Below, piece after piece: positions 12,908-24,560 of a DNA stretch of 64,000 nt; the first letter of the stretch is position 1, and every line of letters starts with the position of its first letter. Position numbers and translations under genes: made by a program. The notes beneath the pieces are model-generated. The model searched no databases and was not told the DNA's origin. It was given only the letters and a program-made list of their open reading frames with translations. Origin of the DNA: Octopus vulgaris (taxonomy: Eukaryota); NCBI GenBank assembly GCA_951406725.2, contig OX597824.1, positions 56,048,001 to 56,112,000 of the forward strand, read 5' to 3'.

Positions 12908-14164
12908 GGGTTGGACAAAATAATGGGAACACTTTAAAATTTCTTAGAAATTTATTTTAATATGGGGTAGTACCACCTTTGGCAGTAATTACAGCTTGAA
13001 TTCTATGAGGTATGGGCTCATACAAAATTTGAATTGTTTCCAAAGGAACTTTTGTCCATTCTTCAGCTAAAACAGTCTCCAGTTCTTGTAGTGATGATGG
13101 TGGAGGATATTGACTCCTTACTTGTTTTTCTAAAATGCACCATAAATGATCAATAATATTGAGATCTGGGGACTGTGGTGGTCAGATGAAATGTTCAGCT
13201 TCACTACACTGTTCCTTGTGCCATTCAGTAACAACTTTAGCTGTGTGAAGTGGTGCATTATCATCCTGAAAGACTGCGGTTCCCCCTGGAAACAGTTCCG
13301 CAACCATAGGATGAATTTGATCAGATAAAATGCTTAAATAGTCTTGACTATTAATTCTGCCATGAAAGGAAACCATTGGTCTGGCGGATTTCCAAGATAT
13401 AGCCACCCCCCAGATCATCACAGATCCTCCTCCATGTTTAACAGCTGGAAGAAGGCAGTCTGGGTCAAATGCTTCTTTTAGCTGTCTCCACACATATACT
13501 CAGCCGTTGGTCGGAAATAAGGTAAAGGATGACCTGTCAGAGAAAATAACATTCTTCCACTGCTCTAGAGACCAATTCTATAGGTCTTTTTCTCTACTCT
13601 AAATGCTTTGCAGTGTTGTTTTTGAAAATAGTGGTTTTCTGATTGCAGCCCTCCCATGAAATCTGGTTTTGTACAGCTCCTGGTGAACAGTTTTTGTGGA
13701 AACTGGGTTCTCGGGGTGGTCATCAAGCTCTATATTAATTTTGATAGCTGTACTTTTGTGATCTTTTCTAACAATTCGCGTAAGAGTCCAACGATCTCTA
13801 TCTGAAAGTTTTGGTTTTCTTCCGTAGTTTTGTTTCAACGTTTCCGTCATTCTCAAAAGCTGTCATTACTTTTGAGACAATACTTCTTGATACACCAAAC
13901 ATTTCAGCTGTTTTCATCATGCTAGCACCTGCCATCTGAACGCCAACAATTTGACCGCTTTGAAAGTCGGTGGATCTGTCATTTTAATGAATTTTAATTA
14001 CTTTTTTCTGATGATATCTGAAAAGAAACAGCAATTTTAACAAAACATGTTAAGCAACACTAATAATAAATAATAAAAAATATGAAAATGAACAAACTTT
14101 TGATGGTTTTATTGATACTTCAAAATTATGGTGCTAGGTGTTTCCATTATTTTGTCCAACCCTG
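12905..14164 (-). mobile_element. Near full-length Tc1-like transposon, transposase pseudogenised
   Basis: TA|CAGGGGTTGGACAAAATAATGGGAACAC ... GTGTTTCCATTATTTTGTCCAACCCTG|TA. Peptides GRKPKLSDRD, KHGGGSVMIWG and FQDDNAPLHTAKVV. Confidence 0.95.
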
Positions 14165-14199
14165 TATATATGTATGTATGTATGCATGCATGTATGTTC

Positions 14200-14330
14200 T
14201 TTTATTCTTTTTTAAAATTTTATTTGTTTCAGTCATTTGACTGTGGCCATGCAGGAGCACCACCTTTAGTCAGACAAATCGACCCCAGGACTTATTCTTT
14301 GTAAGCCTTGTACTTACTCTATCGGTCTGT
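14200..14330 (-). mobile_element. SINE 3' fragment (same family as about 36640-36810 +)
   Basis: Reverse complement matches aagaataagtcctgg..gtgctcc.gcatg.cc.cagtcaaatgactgaaacaa at 36710-36800. Confidence 0.65.
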
Positions 14331-14369
14331 TTAAGGTGGCTCAATTTAAGTACCCAATTCAAATGAATC

Positions 14370-14410
<41 letters not shown>

Positions 14411-14424
14411 ACAATTATTCAGTA

Positions 14425-14495
14425 GCCATGACAAAACTCCGAATTTCGGATGTCTGGGTGGAAATCCTCACTGCCATCTCTTCAGTTATCCGGCC
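14425..14495 (-). ncRNA. Hammerhead ribozyme-like motif
   Basis: GAUAA-CUGAAGA-GAUG...CAUC-C-GAAA-UUCGGAG-UU|UUGUC. Stem I is GAUAA/UUGUC. Confidence 0.65.
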
Positions 14496-14909
14496 ATCAG
14501 AAAAAATGCTATGAAAATGACCATTAAACAAAGGGAAATTAATGTGTAGTTGACCGTTTTAAGACAAAAGAGCTATTTGAATGACCTCTATGTGAGGGGA
14601 GGGAGTAAAAGTAAGTGGGTAAAAATGTACATAGTATTTGCATAAGCGCGCATGTCCATACCTACCGCTAAGTGAGGGGAGAGAGTAAAAGTAAGTGGGG
14701 TAAAAATGTACATAGTATTCGCGTAAGTGCACATGGCCATACCTACACATGCGCGCCCACCCACGTACATGCACCTATAAGTATACACTCATCCACCCTC
14801 ACTTGAAACATACACATTCTCATCCACACCAGCCGCTGAAAAATATATATATACAATCCCACACACACACCCCCAAAAAGGTTCATACACACGTCTATAT
14901 ACGCACATG

Positions 14910-15550
14910 CCCCCGTGTCGGTGGCACGTAAAAGCACCATCCGTTCGTGTCCGTTGCCAGCCTCGGCTGGCCCCCGTGCCGGTGATACGTAAAAGCACCG
15001 TCCGTTCGTGGCCGTTTGCCAGCTCCGTCTGGCCCCGTGTCGGTGGCACGTAAAAGCACCATCCGTTCGTGTTCGTTGCCAGCTTCGGCTGGCCCCCGGG
15101 CCGGTGACACGTAAAAGCACCGTCTGTTCGTGGCTGTTTGCCAGCTCTGTCTGGCCCAGTGTTGGTGGCATGTAAAAGCACCATCCGTTCGTGTCCGTTG
15201 CCAGCCTTGGCTGGCCCCCGTGCTGGTGACACGTAAAAGCACTGTCCGTTCGCGGCCGTTTGCCAGCTCTGTCTGGCCCCGTGTCGGTTGCACGTAAAAG
15301 CACCATCCGTTCGTGTCTGTTGCCAGCCTCGGCTGGCCCCCGTGCCGGTGACACGTAAAAGCACCGTCCGTTCGTGGCCATTTGCCAGCTCTGTCTGGCC
15401 CCGTGTCGGTGGCACGTAAAAGCACCATCCGTTCGTGTCCGTTGCCAGCATCGCCTGGCCCCGTGCCGGTGACACGTAAAAGCACCATCCGTTCATGGCC
15501 GTTTGCCAGCTCTGTCTGGCACCTGTGCAGGTGGCACGTAAAAAAACACC
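14910..15550 (+). repeat. 61-bp tandem array (11 motif copies, alternating A/B monomers) within an RTE 3' UTR that ends at about 15720 in (ATG)n
   Basis: The motif gtg(g/a)cacgtaaaagcacc starts at 14921, 14982, 15043, 15104, 15165 and so on. Confidence 0.95.
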
Positions 15551-17179
15551 CACTACACTCGCGGAGTGGTTGGCGTTAGGAAGGGCATCCAGCCGTAGAA
15601 ACACTGCCAGATCTGACTGGGCCTGACGAAGCCTTCCAGCTTCACAGACCCCAGTTGACCCGTCCAACCCATGCTAGCATGGAAAGCGGACGCTAAATGA
15701 TGATGATGATGATGATGATGCATAAGGAAAAACAGGGCTAAAGGCAAAAATACAGGAAAATGTGTAAAAAAAACAATGAGTAAAACACATCTATATACGC
15801 ACATACTCGCATGCACACACACACACATCTATATACGCACAAAGGATTCCATATGCATCTCTATATACGCACAGGGGAAATTGCAGGGTGGAAGGTAGAA
15901 TACAGAAAAAATATGTGTAAAAAAATATATGAGCAATAAACTTATAAAACAATATCTCTATAAATATGTAAAAAATATATGTATAAAAAATATATAAATA
16001 TATATAAAAATATATAAGAAATATAAGTAAAAAGTATAAAGAGATAAAAAGCTTGTACAAGTCCTATCTATAATCTTGGGGAGACCAAAAACGTAACAAA
16101 TATTTAGCCACGTGTCGGCATTATCCGAAAAGTTCAGTTCTTGAATTCAGACATGTCGTGGGGGTCTAAGCTGCTTTTCCAGATGAGCCATCTTTCCATA
16201 TCACAAAGACTGCACTTTCCATTGGTCTAGGGCTTACATTTGGCTAAGATCTTCCAATGGATGTTGTAACTGACACCTTTATCTCTTAAGGACCATATAT
16301 GACTGGATAATTTGGTTGTTTTCCTTTTATCCCAATGCCTGAAGCTCAAGGTGTGATTATTGAACCTAACCTTGAAATTACCCTATGTAAGGCCCACGTA
16401 TTTTTTCATCAAAACCATGTCCTTATTGGATATAGAGTCCACGGTGGCTTCATAAATGATGGTCTTGGACATGCAAACTCCATTTAGCGGGCACAAATTT
16501 TTATCCCTGCATGAACAGTTGGTTTCATATTGTGGTTTTTGTGTGTTGTGTGCGATTATATTTTAAAATTGGTAGTAGAGCTGAAACTGATTTTCAAGTT
16601 AAGTCTATTGAAGAGCTTTCTGTAAGTATGGTTGACTGGAAAATGTCTATCAGTGCTAAGAAATACTTGCCTATATTGAAGGTTACCTCGGGTGAGCAGG
16701 TGGGTGTGAACTTGATAGTTTTCCTATTCCTGTTTCCTCTTCTTTATCATTGGACTGGTGGCTGGTGTATAGGTTATTTCCTGGCTAAAACCACTATCTT
16801 TTAGAGCCTTATTATATACTGGGCATATTTCCTTGTAATATTTTTCTAGTTGTCTCTGCTGTGAGTTAAAATATTTTTGGTAAAAGTTGTTGACAAGAAG
16901 ACCATCCAGCTATAAAATTATGCCTCACATTAGTTCCCCATGCAAACTAGCATTAAATGAACAAACAATGGGCTCCCATACCATATCATTTTATCAGATC
17001 AACTTACAGTAGTCTGTTCAAGTCTATAGTGTGCCCAAAGTACTCCTCAGTATAATAGAATTTGAGACCATGTGATAACAAAACAAATTCTATACCTACA
17101 CAGCCATGACTGCATCTAATAAAATTCTATTCTAATTCTGTGATTTGTTTCCATTTATATTATACTTCCTAATTTTCAG

Positions 17180-17343
17180 GCTTTTCACGGCGTGATATGT
17201 CATGTTGTTATGATAGCTGCTGGTCGCCCTGGTAAACCACCTTCATTAATTCATTACTGTGGGGCAGATGAATGTGAAGAAGAAAATGTATTAGCAGCAA
17301 CAGCAGAGTATGAACAAGTGCCAGAACTTCTTCATGTATCAGT
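17180..17343 (+). CDS. VPS54: VPS54 internal coding exon (AFHGVICHVVMIAAGRPGKPPSLIHYCGADECEEENVLAATAEYEQVPELLHVS-V)
   Basis: Preceded by ttcctaattttcAG and followed by GTAAGT. Open frame of 164 nt. Its phase-2 end (GT) joins the C at 37473 to give Val in frame with the clearly VPS54 exons. Sequence similarity is weaker here (variable region). Confidence 0.7.
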
Positions 17344-18048
17344 GTAAGTATCTTAGCTTTTTTGTTTTATATCCACTTTTTCATGTTTGCATGCATTGGA
17401 AGGGTCTTTTCTAGCACATCCAGTGGAGCAAGCTTGCTTCATTTTCTTCCAGTCTTTGCCCATGTCTCTCAATCCTGTTGCATTATAATTTGTACACAAG
17501 CAATATACAATCTTCCTGTTGCACAAAAAGAGAATTGTTGTCAGCTGAGATAATAACAGCTCTGTGACCTCTTTCCACCCTGTTATTATTCTGGCTACTA
17601 TGCTTTCAGTCTACTCTCTTTCACTGCTGGCTATCATCTACTTCTGTGAAGCCTTCAAACATTGAAAAAATGTTACTCCTTATCTAAAAGCATACTCTTG
17701 TACATTTACTACAGTCAAAGTATTTTCTACCAGCCTACCTGCAGTTCTAGTACATTTCTTGTGCACCCATAGTCTGCATTGTGCACCCATAGTTTGCATT
17801 GTGCACACCATATGGAGTTCCTACCTATTCCTTTTGTGCATATTAAACAAAACTATTTCCATGATGGCAACAGAATTTTCTGTATTAAATCTTTTGATAT
17901 AGTTGGAAAAGAAAGACATCCATGTATTTGACATACATAGAACACATCCTTGCATATGGTTGTTTGATCTGAAACATCATCAAACAAGTGTAAAAGTATA
18001 CCAGTGCTGCAATGATGTAGTTTCTTACACAAATGCTGATGACATATA

Positions 18049-19336
18049 TCAGGTCATCCCATAAGTTCTGTCCGAATTTTGAATAAAGAAAACAAGTGAT
18101 CAATTGTGATATTTCATTGAAATTTGATCATCAATGTACTTTCCCTGATTATCTATGACTTCCTTCCATCTATTTACAAGCTTTTTAATCCCATCAATGT
18201 AAAACTCTTTTGGTTTCAAAGTGAAGAACTCTGAAATGTTAGTTTCTACCTCCTCCTGGCTTGCGAAAGTTATGTCCCCCAAATGATTCTGTAAACTATG
18301 AAACAAATGGTAGTCTGAAGGAGCAAGGTTGGGAGAATAAGGTAGATGAGGAATTTTTTCCCAACCAAACTCTTAGATCTTCTGTGATGTGATCTTTACA
18401 GTGTGAGGTCATGCATTGTCCTGATGAAACGTCACTCCTTTTCTGTTCACTGAAGCAGGTTTTTTTTTCTTTAAGGCTTGGTTCAAACGCTCTAATTGCT
18501 GACAGTAGACTTGAGCATTGATTGTTGCATTAGGTGGTAACAATTCAAAGTGAATTTCTCCTTTACAATCCCACCAGATAGAGAGAAGAACCTTTATCCC
18601 ATGAAATTCCCTTCTTGGTTGTGGTTGAGATTTTTTCCTTTTACCAAGCCACTGTTTACAATGTTTAACATTTCGATAGAAGATCCATTTTTCATCATCA
18701 GTCACAAGTCTATCCAAAAAGGGTGAAATGAGTTCGTGAGAATGGAGAGAAGAGCAGATGTCAACTTGGGATTTGTAGTTGCTTTCAGACAATTCATGAG
18801 GCACCCATTTTCCGAGTTTAGGAACTGTTCCAAGTTGTTGAAGATGATGGTGAACAGTTGTATGGTTTGAACTAAGCTTTATTGCCAATTCTTCAACTGA
18901 TAATGCAGGATTTTCTTCAAGTAATGCCTCAAGGAGCTTATCATCAAACTCAGCTGGACATCCTGTTTGATCTTCATCTTCAAGGCTGAAATCTCCAGTT
19001 CTGAATTTAGCAAACCATCTTCTGCAAGTTCTTTCATTCAAGCATTCTTTCCCATAAACAGAGTGTATGTTTTGAGTCACTTCGGCTGCAGAGTTTCCTT
19101 TTTTGTACTCATAAGGCATTATGTGCCTTAAATGTTCTTTGGATACTTCCATGTTAGAAAGGGTTTTAATCAAAGAAATTTTAATTCTATTATTCTGTAA
19201 AATAATATTTAATTTGTATAAATGTACACAAATGCATAAAAATAATTTTTAATTCCATTAGACAATCTAAAATACTATTAAATTTCATTTAGTTTTAAAA
19301 AAGGTAAAATCGGACAGAAATTATGGGATGACCTGA
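18049..19336 (-). mobile_element. Full-length mariner (DD34D) element, transposase with two in-frame stops
   Basis: TA|TCAGGTCATCCCATAA ... TTATGGGATGACCTGA|TA, 1288 bp. Motifs WVPHELS, VTDDEKW, FHQDNA*PH and YSPNLAPSDYHLF. Confidence 0.97.
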
Positions 19337-19880
19337 TAGATTGAATGACAAAAGTCTGTATATGAGCACAAACCATGAAAAGGAGATGGCATGCTAAATA
19401 CTACCATCAGTTTGCAATGTAAGAATGAAAATCACAATTTTGAAACATGTATAGGTTTAACTATTAGGGAACCATCATTTCATCAGATGAAATAAATTTA
19501 GTCAATACAAACATGTGTGCACTCATATGCATATATCATCACCATCATCATCATTTAATGTCTGTTTTCCACTCTGGCATGAGTTGAACAGTATGACAGG
19601 AGCTGCCAGATTTATGTCCATTTTGGCATGGTTTCTATGGCTAGATGCCCTTCCTAATGCCAACCACTTCACAAAGTTAACTGGGTGCTTTTACACAACA
19701 CTAGCATAGGTGCATTTACATAGCATTAGCACCTACGAGCTTGCAAGATTAAGAATGTTCTGTTGAAGAGGGTTTCAGGGGACAAGCCTGTATGCAGGGA
19801 CAACCATACTTTTACCTAGTTTGATGTGACTTTTCATGCACAGCAAACCACCTATATATGTGTGTATATATATATATATA

Positions 19881-20118
19881 GATTGCCATGTTGATTCGCT
19901 AGCTTTTTGCACGTATATTTTTTTCTCTCCTTTTTTCTGTGTTTTTTTTCTCTGTGTATCTTTCTGTTGAAGAGTGTAGACTCGAAACATTAAAGACTTG
20001 TTTCATTTATATTTCCTGAGCGCCATACTAATACAATTGTTTGTTTGTATTCCACCTGCCTTTTGTTTATTTCCGTAAACCTGCCTTCGTCTTTTGTCTA
20101 TTTTCATAAAGCTTACCG

Positions 20119-20120
<2 letters not shown>
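19881..20120 (+). mobile_element. ~240 bp (TA)n-embedded element with hammerhead-like motif
   Basis: (TA)n on both sides. Homologous to 7841-8032. Confidence 0.7.
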
Positions 20121-20169
<49 letters not shown>

Positions 20170-20172
<3 letters not shown>

Positions 20173-20720
20173 CCATCTCATCAGATATCAGAAAAGTAAG
20201 ATATTTGAGACAAATTCAAGATGGCTTCTTGATGATAGACCTCTAATGGGTATCTCAGGTCACATGGTGTTAATGCAGTAGACAAATTTAGAAAGGATCT
20301 GATAAAGATCTTCAAAGAATTCAGCTTTTTTATGGCAGTTACCACCAATTTGACAAAAGTTAACTTCCTAGACTTGCAGTAGACTTGGAGGAAACTGTTT
20401 ACATGCTCAGAAATTCCCACCACTCCCCAGTTATAATTTAAAAACTAGATCACAAGCTTAAATAGGAGAATCTCTAAATTATCACTGGACAGAAAGAGAT
20501 TTTCAACTGGGTCACTTTCTGGATTCACCAATAAATTAGCATATATGCAGGACAAACCACACCCAAACCCAAAGAGAGTCAGAAAAAGAATGATAATCTA
20601 GTTCAATCCTTCACTCAACTAACATAGCTAGAAGCTTGAAAATTTTCCACAGAATCCACAGGTATTATAAACTCTTCAATCTCTACAAATGTTAAGATCA
20701 GTTACTCTAGATTAAACAAC
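20170..20720 (+). mobile_element. Penelope-like (Naiad-like) RT/thumb remnant
   Basis: Peptides IKIFKEF, TNLTKVNFLDL and RYYKLFN..VKISYS, similar in pattern to 45140-46060. Confidence 0.6.
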
Positions 20721-20919
20721 ATCACTTCAATCGAGGCAAACACACCTTTCTCCCTTACCTGGAACTCACAACTGCCAACTCTGTCTCCACATGAGACTAT
20801 ACATACTCCATCAACATGCAGTGTTTATCAACAAGAACAACATACTGTCTTACTGTTGCCACTAGAGGTACAATCCACATAAACCACTGTCAAGCCAAAT
20901 GCTCAAGAGGAACTCAGCC

Positions 20920-23900
20920 TCTTTGCATCCATGAGGCCCAACATTCAAATGATGTTCTTTACATGCCACCAGCATAGCACATTGCCAAAGATCTCAGTCA
21001 CTAGTCATTGTCTCTGTGAGGCTCAAAGTTCAAAGATTATGCTTCACCATCTTGTCCCATGTCTTTTAGGGTCTACCTCTACTACAGGTTCCCTCCACAG
21101 TTAGAGATTGGCATTTCTTTACCTAGCTGTTCTCGTCCGTATGCATTACATGACCATACCAGCACAGTCATTTCTCTTGCACACCACATCTGATTCCTCT
21201 TAAGCCTAACTTTTCTGTCAAGATGCTTACACTCTGTCAAACATGCACACTGACATTGCACATCCACTGAAGCACATCTCTTTCAAACCTATGCATGTCC
21301 TTGGCTGTCATAGCCCATGTTTCACTGCCATGCAGCATCGCTGTCTGCACACAGCCATCAAACAATCTGCTTTTCACTCTGAGAGAAAGGCCTTTTGTTG
21401 CTAGCTGAGGTAGGAGCTCTCTGAACTTTGCCCAGTCTAATCTTATTCTCACAGCTATGCTCTCGAAGCATCCACCTCCATTATTAACTTGGTCATCTAG
21501 ATAACAGAAGCTATCTACTAACTCTAGCTTGCTCCACTGGCAATTGATGGAGTCTATTTTCAGCGTTTATTGTACCTGTGCACCTTCCACATACAAAAGT
21601 TAGTTTCCCTGTTAACCTTCCTCTGATGTTGCTGCACCTTTTATGTGTCCAAACTTTACACTGAGTTTCTACCTACACCTTTTCTACAGATTGAGCAAGG
21701 CCACCAACTTGAAGGGATTTGTGATTTAACTGCCTTCCTACTTACTATGACTTTGGTTTTGGCTAGGGTAACTCTAAGGCCCTTCAATTTTAGACCTTGC
21801 ACCCAAACCTGGAACCCTGTTTCTACTTCAGGTAGTGATTCGATTATAAGAGCAAAGTCATTAGCATAGAGGAGCTCCCAAGGGCAGCCTGTCTTGAATT
21901 CCTCTGTTATTACTGGGAGAACTATGATGAACAAGAGGGGGATGAACACCAATCCTTGGTGAAACCCTATGTCTAATTTGAATTCTTTGCTGTACTTGTT
22001 GTCCACCCTCACCTTATTGATATCATCCCTGTACAAGGGATGTATGACTCTCACCAACCACTTCGAATTAGAAGCTTTATTCAAGCGAGCGAGAAAGGGA
22101 ATAAATTTGTTTTGGCTTCTATTAGCAAATTGAAAATAAGTATAAGAACATGTTTAAAAGGTTATAAATGTTAGCATATTAAAACATGTTGGTTGCATAT
22201 TAGAACATATTAGAATATGTTTGATTAAAGTATAATTATTTTATAGTATTTGATCATCAAAAGTGTTCAAGATATGACCATCCTATATTCTTTTCTTTTA
22301 CAGTGTATGTAGTTATATCAGTCAATGTTAGTTTCTTTTAAAATTTCAGAAGAGTGTAAGTAGATTTGACTGTTATTTCTAGCAGTTGAATCAATGAGAT
22401 TACAGCTTGTATCATTATTGAAGATACAATTTGTGGCTCGTTCCCTGTACATTTACAGTTAAAATCCTGCAAGAATTTTATTTCAACCTAGTTTCCATAT
22501 TGATGAACCGATAAGCTTTCTCCAAGTCAACAAAAGCCAAGTACAGAGGTTTATTTTTGGCTGGGTATTTCTCCTGCAGTTATCTTACCAGAAATATGGA
22601 GTCAGTAGTGCTTCTACCTGGCACAAAACCAAACTGCATCACATCTAGACTAACTCACTCCCTAATTAATTGGGCTATGACTCTCTCTGTAACTTTCATC
22701 ACCTGATCCAACAGTTTGATACCTCTGTAATTATTTCTATCTAAGGCATCGCCTTTGCCTTTGTAGCAGTTGACTATGGTGCTGCTACTCCAGTCATTGG
22801 GTATGACTCCTTCATGAACCACCTGATTTACAATACAGGTGACTAGACCATAACCCACACTGCCAGATATTCTAAGCATCTCAGCGGTGATTCCTGATGA
22901 GCCGGGGGCTTTCCCTGTCTTCATTTCCTTAAATGCTTTATCTACCAAATCTGTCAATTTGGGTAGCTGGTCCCTCAATTGGGTCAACATTTGGCAGACT
23001 TCCCTCCTCCCATTCATTCTCCACATTCAGCAGTTTTTCATAATGGCATCTCCAAGCTTCTTTCTTTGCAGACTCATTGAAAGTGAGTGCACCATCATCC
23101 ATGTGGACACATTTCTCTCCTTCGGCATCACAATTTTCTCTCACACATTGTCTTGCCATCCAAAATACTTCAGTTCTTTGGTCCTCACGATGCTGAATAT
23201 GGGAAAACTTCGTCTTTTCTGCTTCTCCCTTGGCTAGATATACCTGTCTCCTAACTTCCCTTCTGATTATCTGTTACAGTTCCCTGCTGCTTCCCGTTAA
23301 TACAAACATGTGTGCACACATATGTAAGTAACCAAATTTGATGGTGTTGGGTTACAGTTGAGGCTGGATGATCAACATTGAGAGGGCTATAGTCTAGACT
23401 AGCAGCAGGGTTTAAATACCCTTCTCTTGTGTGTGGGACAACCAGGTAAAGGTTGATATAGTTCTTTACTACCACTACTCTTCCAGTCCTATTTTTTTGC
23501 TCTAATGGTCCCAGGTCTGGTTGGGACTTTGCACCAACCACAAATTTGGTCTGTGGTTCTCACTAAGTTGTCTCATAGGAACTTCCAGTTATCCCCTGTG
23601 TTATCCTCTGTAACACAGAGGATAACTCCTCCTCCTGCTCATTAAATGATTTAGTTAGGATTCTCCAAATCTCTAACTTTTCAGATGATCCTTAAGCTTT
23701 CAGGTTCTTCTTTTCCAAACTGTCTTGCTTCTTAGAATCCATCTTGCATGTAATCTGAAATTACTGATGACTAATCTATGCTGAGTGGTACATTCTTCGC
23801 TAGGGGTAGTCTTTGCATTTATGAGCGACGATGAATCTCATTTTCTAATGAGAATGTAGCCAATCTGGCTTGTGTGGTCACCAGATTTATAGGTTATTAT

Positions 23901-24560
23901 GTGACTGGCTGGTTTCCTGAAGTTGGTGTTGCAGATCATTAGGTCATTCACACCACTGAACTGCTGCTGTCTTGTTCCCTCCTCATTTTGGGAACCAATT
24001 TTATGGCCTCCATGAATTCCATGGAAAATACCCGAGTGCTGCCTGACATGTCCATTGAATTCACCATCCATGAAGATATGGTCACTGTAATTCGTCTTTG
24101 AGGTAGCCTGCAGAAGAATGTTATAAAAGCTGTCCTTTTGTTCATTTGGCAGACCCGGTTGGTGGGGCATAGGCAAAGATGGTTGTTGCTATGCATCTCT
24201 GTAAAACTAGTCTAAGACATATCCTATTACATGCTCTGTCTACTTCAATCACCTTATTGATCCATTTCTCTGCTAGAAGTATGCCCACACCTCCTACCTC
24301 TTCACTGTTGCTCTCCCAGAAGAGTTTATACCTACAACTCTTGCCTGTGAGGAACTTGGCTGAAGATCCACTCTACCTAACTTTTTGAATGCAGCACACA
24401 TCGACATGTCTCCATTCAAACATCTCAACAATCTCACCAGACCTACTTTTCAATGTGCCTACATTGACAATGCCAGCTCTGAGAGGATGTATGGGGAGGA
24501 AGAAGGAAATATGAGGAAGGGGAACTGTGGCTTTCGGCATCTGAAAAGAAGGTCTAAAGA
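20920..24560 (-). mobile_element. Near full-length degenerate RTE LINE (APE + RT), interrupted at about 22065-22512
   Basis: Peptides NVGTLKSRSGEIVE, KTGKAPGSSGITAEML, YKGKGDALDRNNYRGIKLLDQVMKV, WELLYANDFAL and AMLHGSETWA. Confidence 0.92.

Larger units (their letters stand above)
14407..16880 (-). mobile_element. Penelope-like element (Naiad-like), 3' portion: GIY-YIG remnant, 3' UTR and hammerhead, ending at (TA)n
   Basis: Minus strand at about 16100-16500 reads YVGLT, GKCSLCDMERWLIWK and LNSRTELFG*CRHVAKY. Hammerhead-like motif at 14425-14495. Linking the two parts across the nested RTE is inferred. Confidence 0.7.

Noticed and set aside
14910-15550. CRISPR-like appearance of the 61-bp array
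   Set aside because: The inter-repeat segments are themselves repeated (A/B), there are no unique spacers and no cas genes, and the context is a eukaryotic LINE 3' UTR.
14743-15667. Long ORFs of 197-292 aa
   Set aside because: They are open in several frames only because the GC-rich tandem repeat lacks stops, and they show no protein features.
16090-16150. Selenocysteine read-through in the Naiad-like ORF
   Set aside because: The in-frame stop is TAA, not TGA, and is not at a Cys position.
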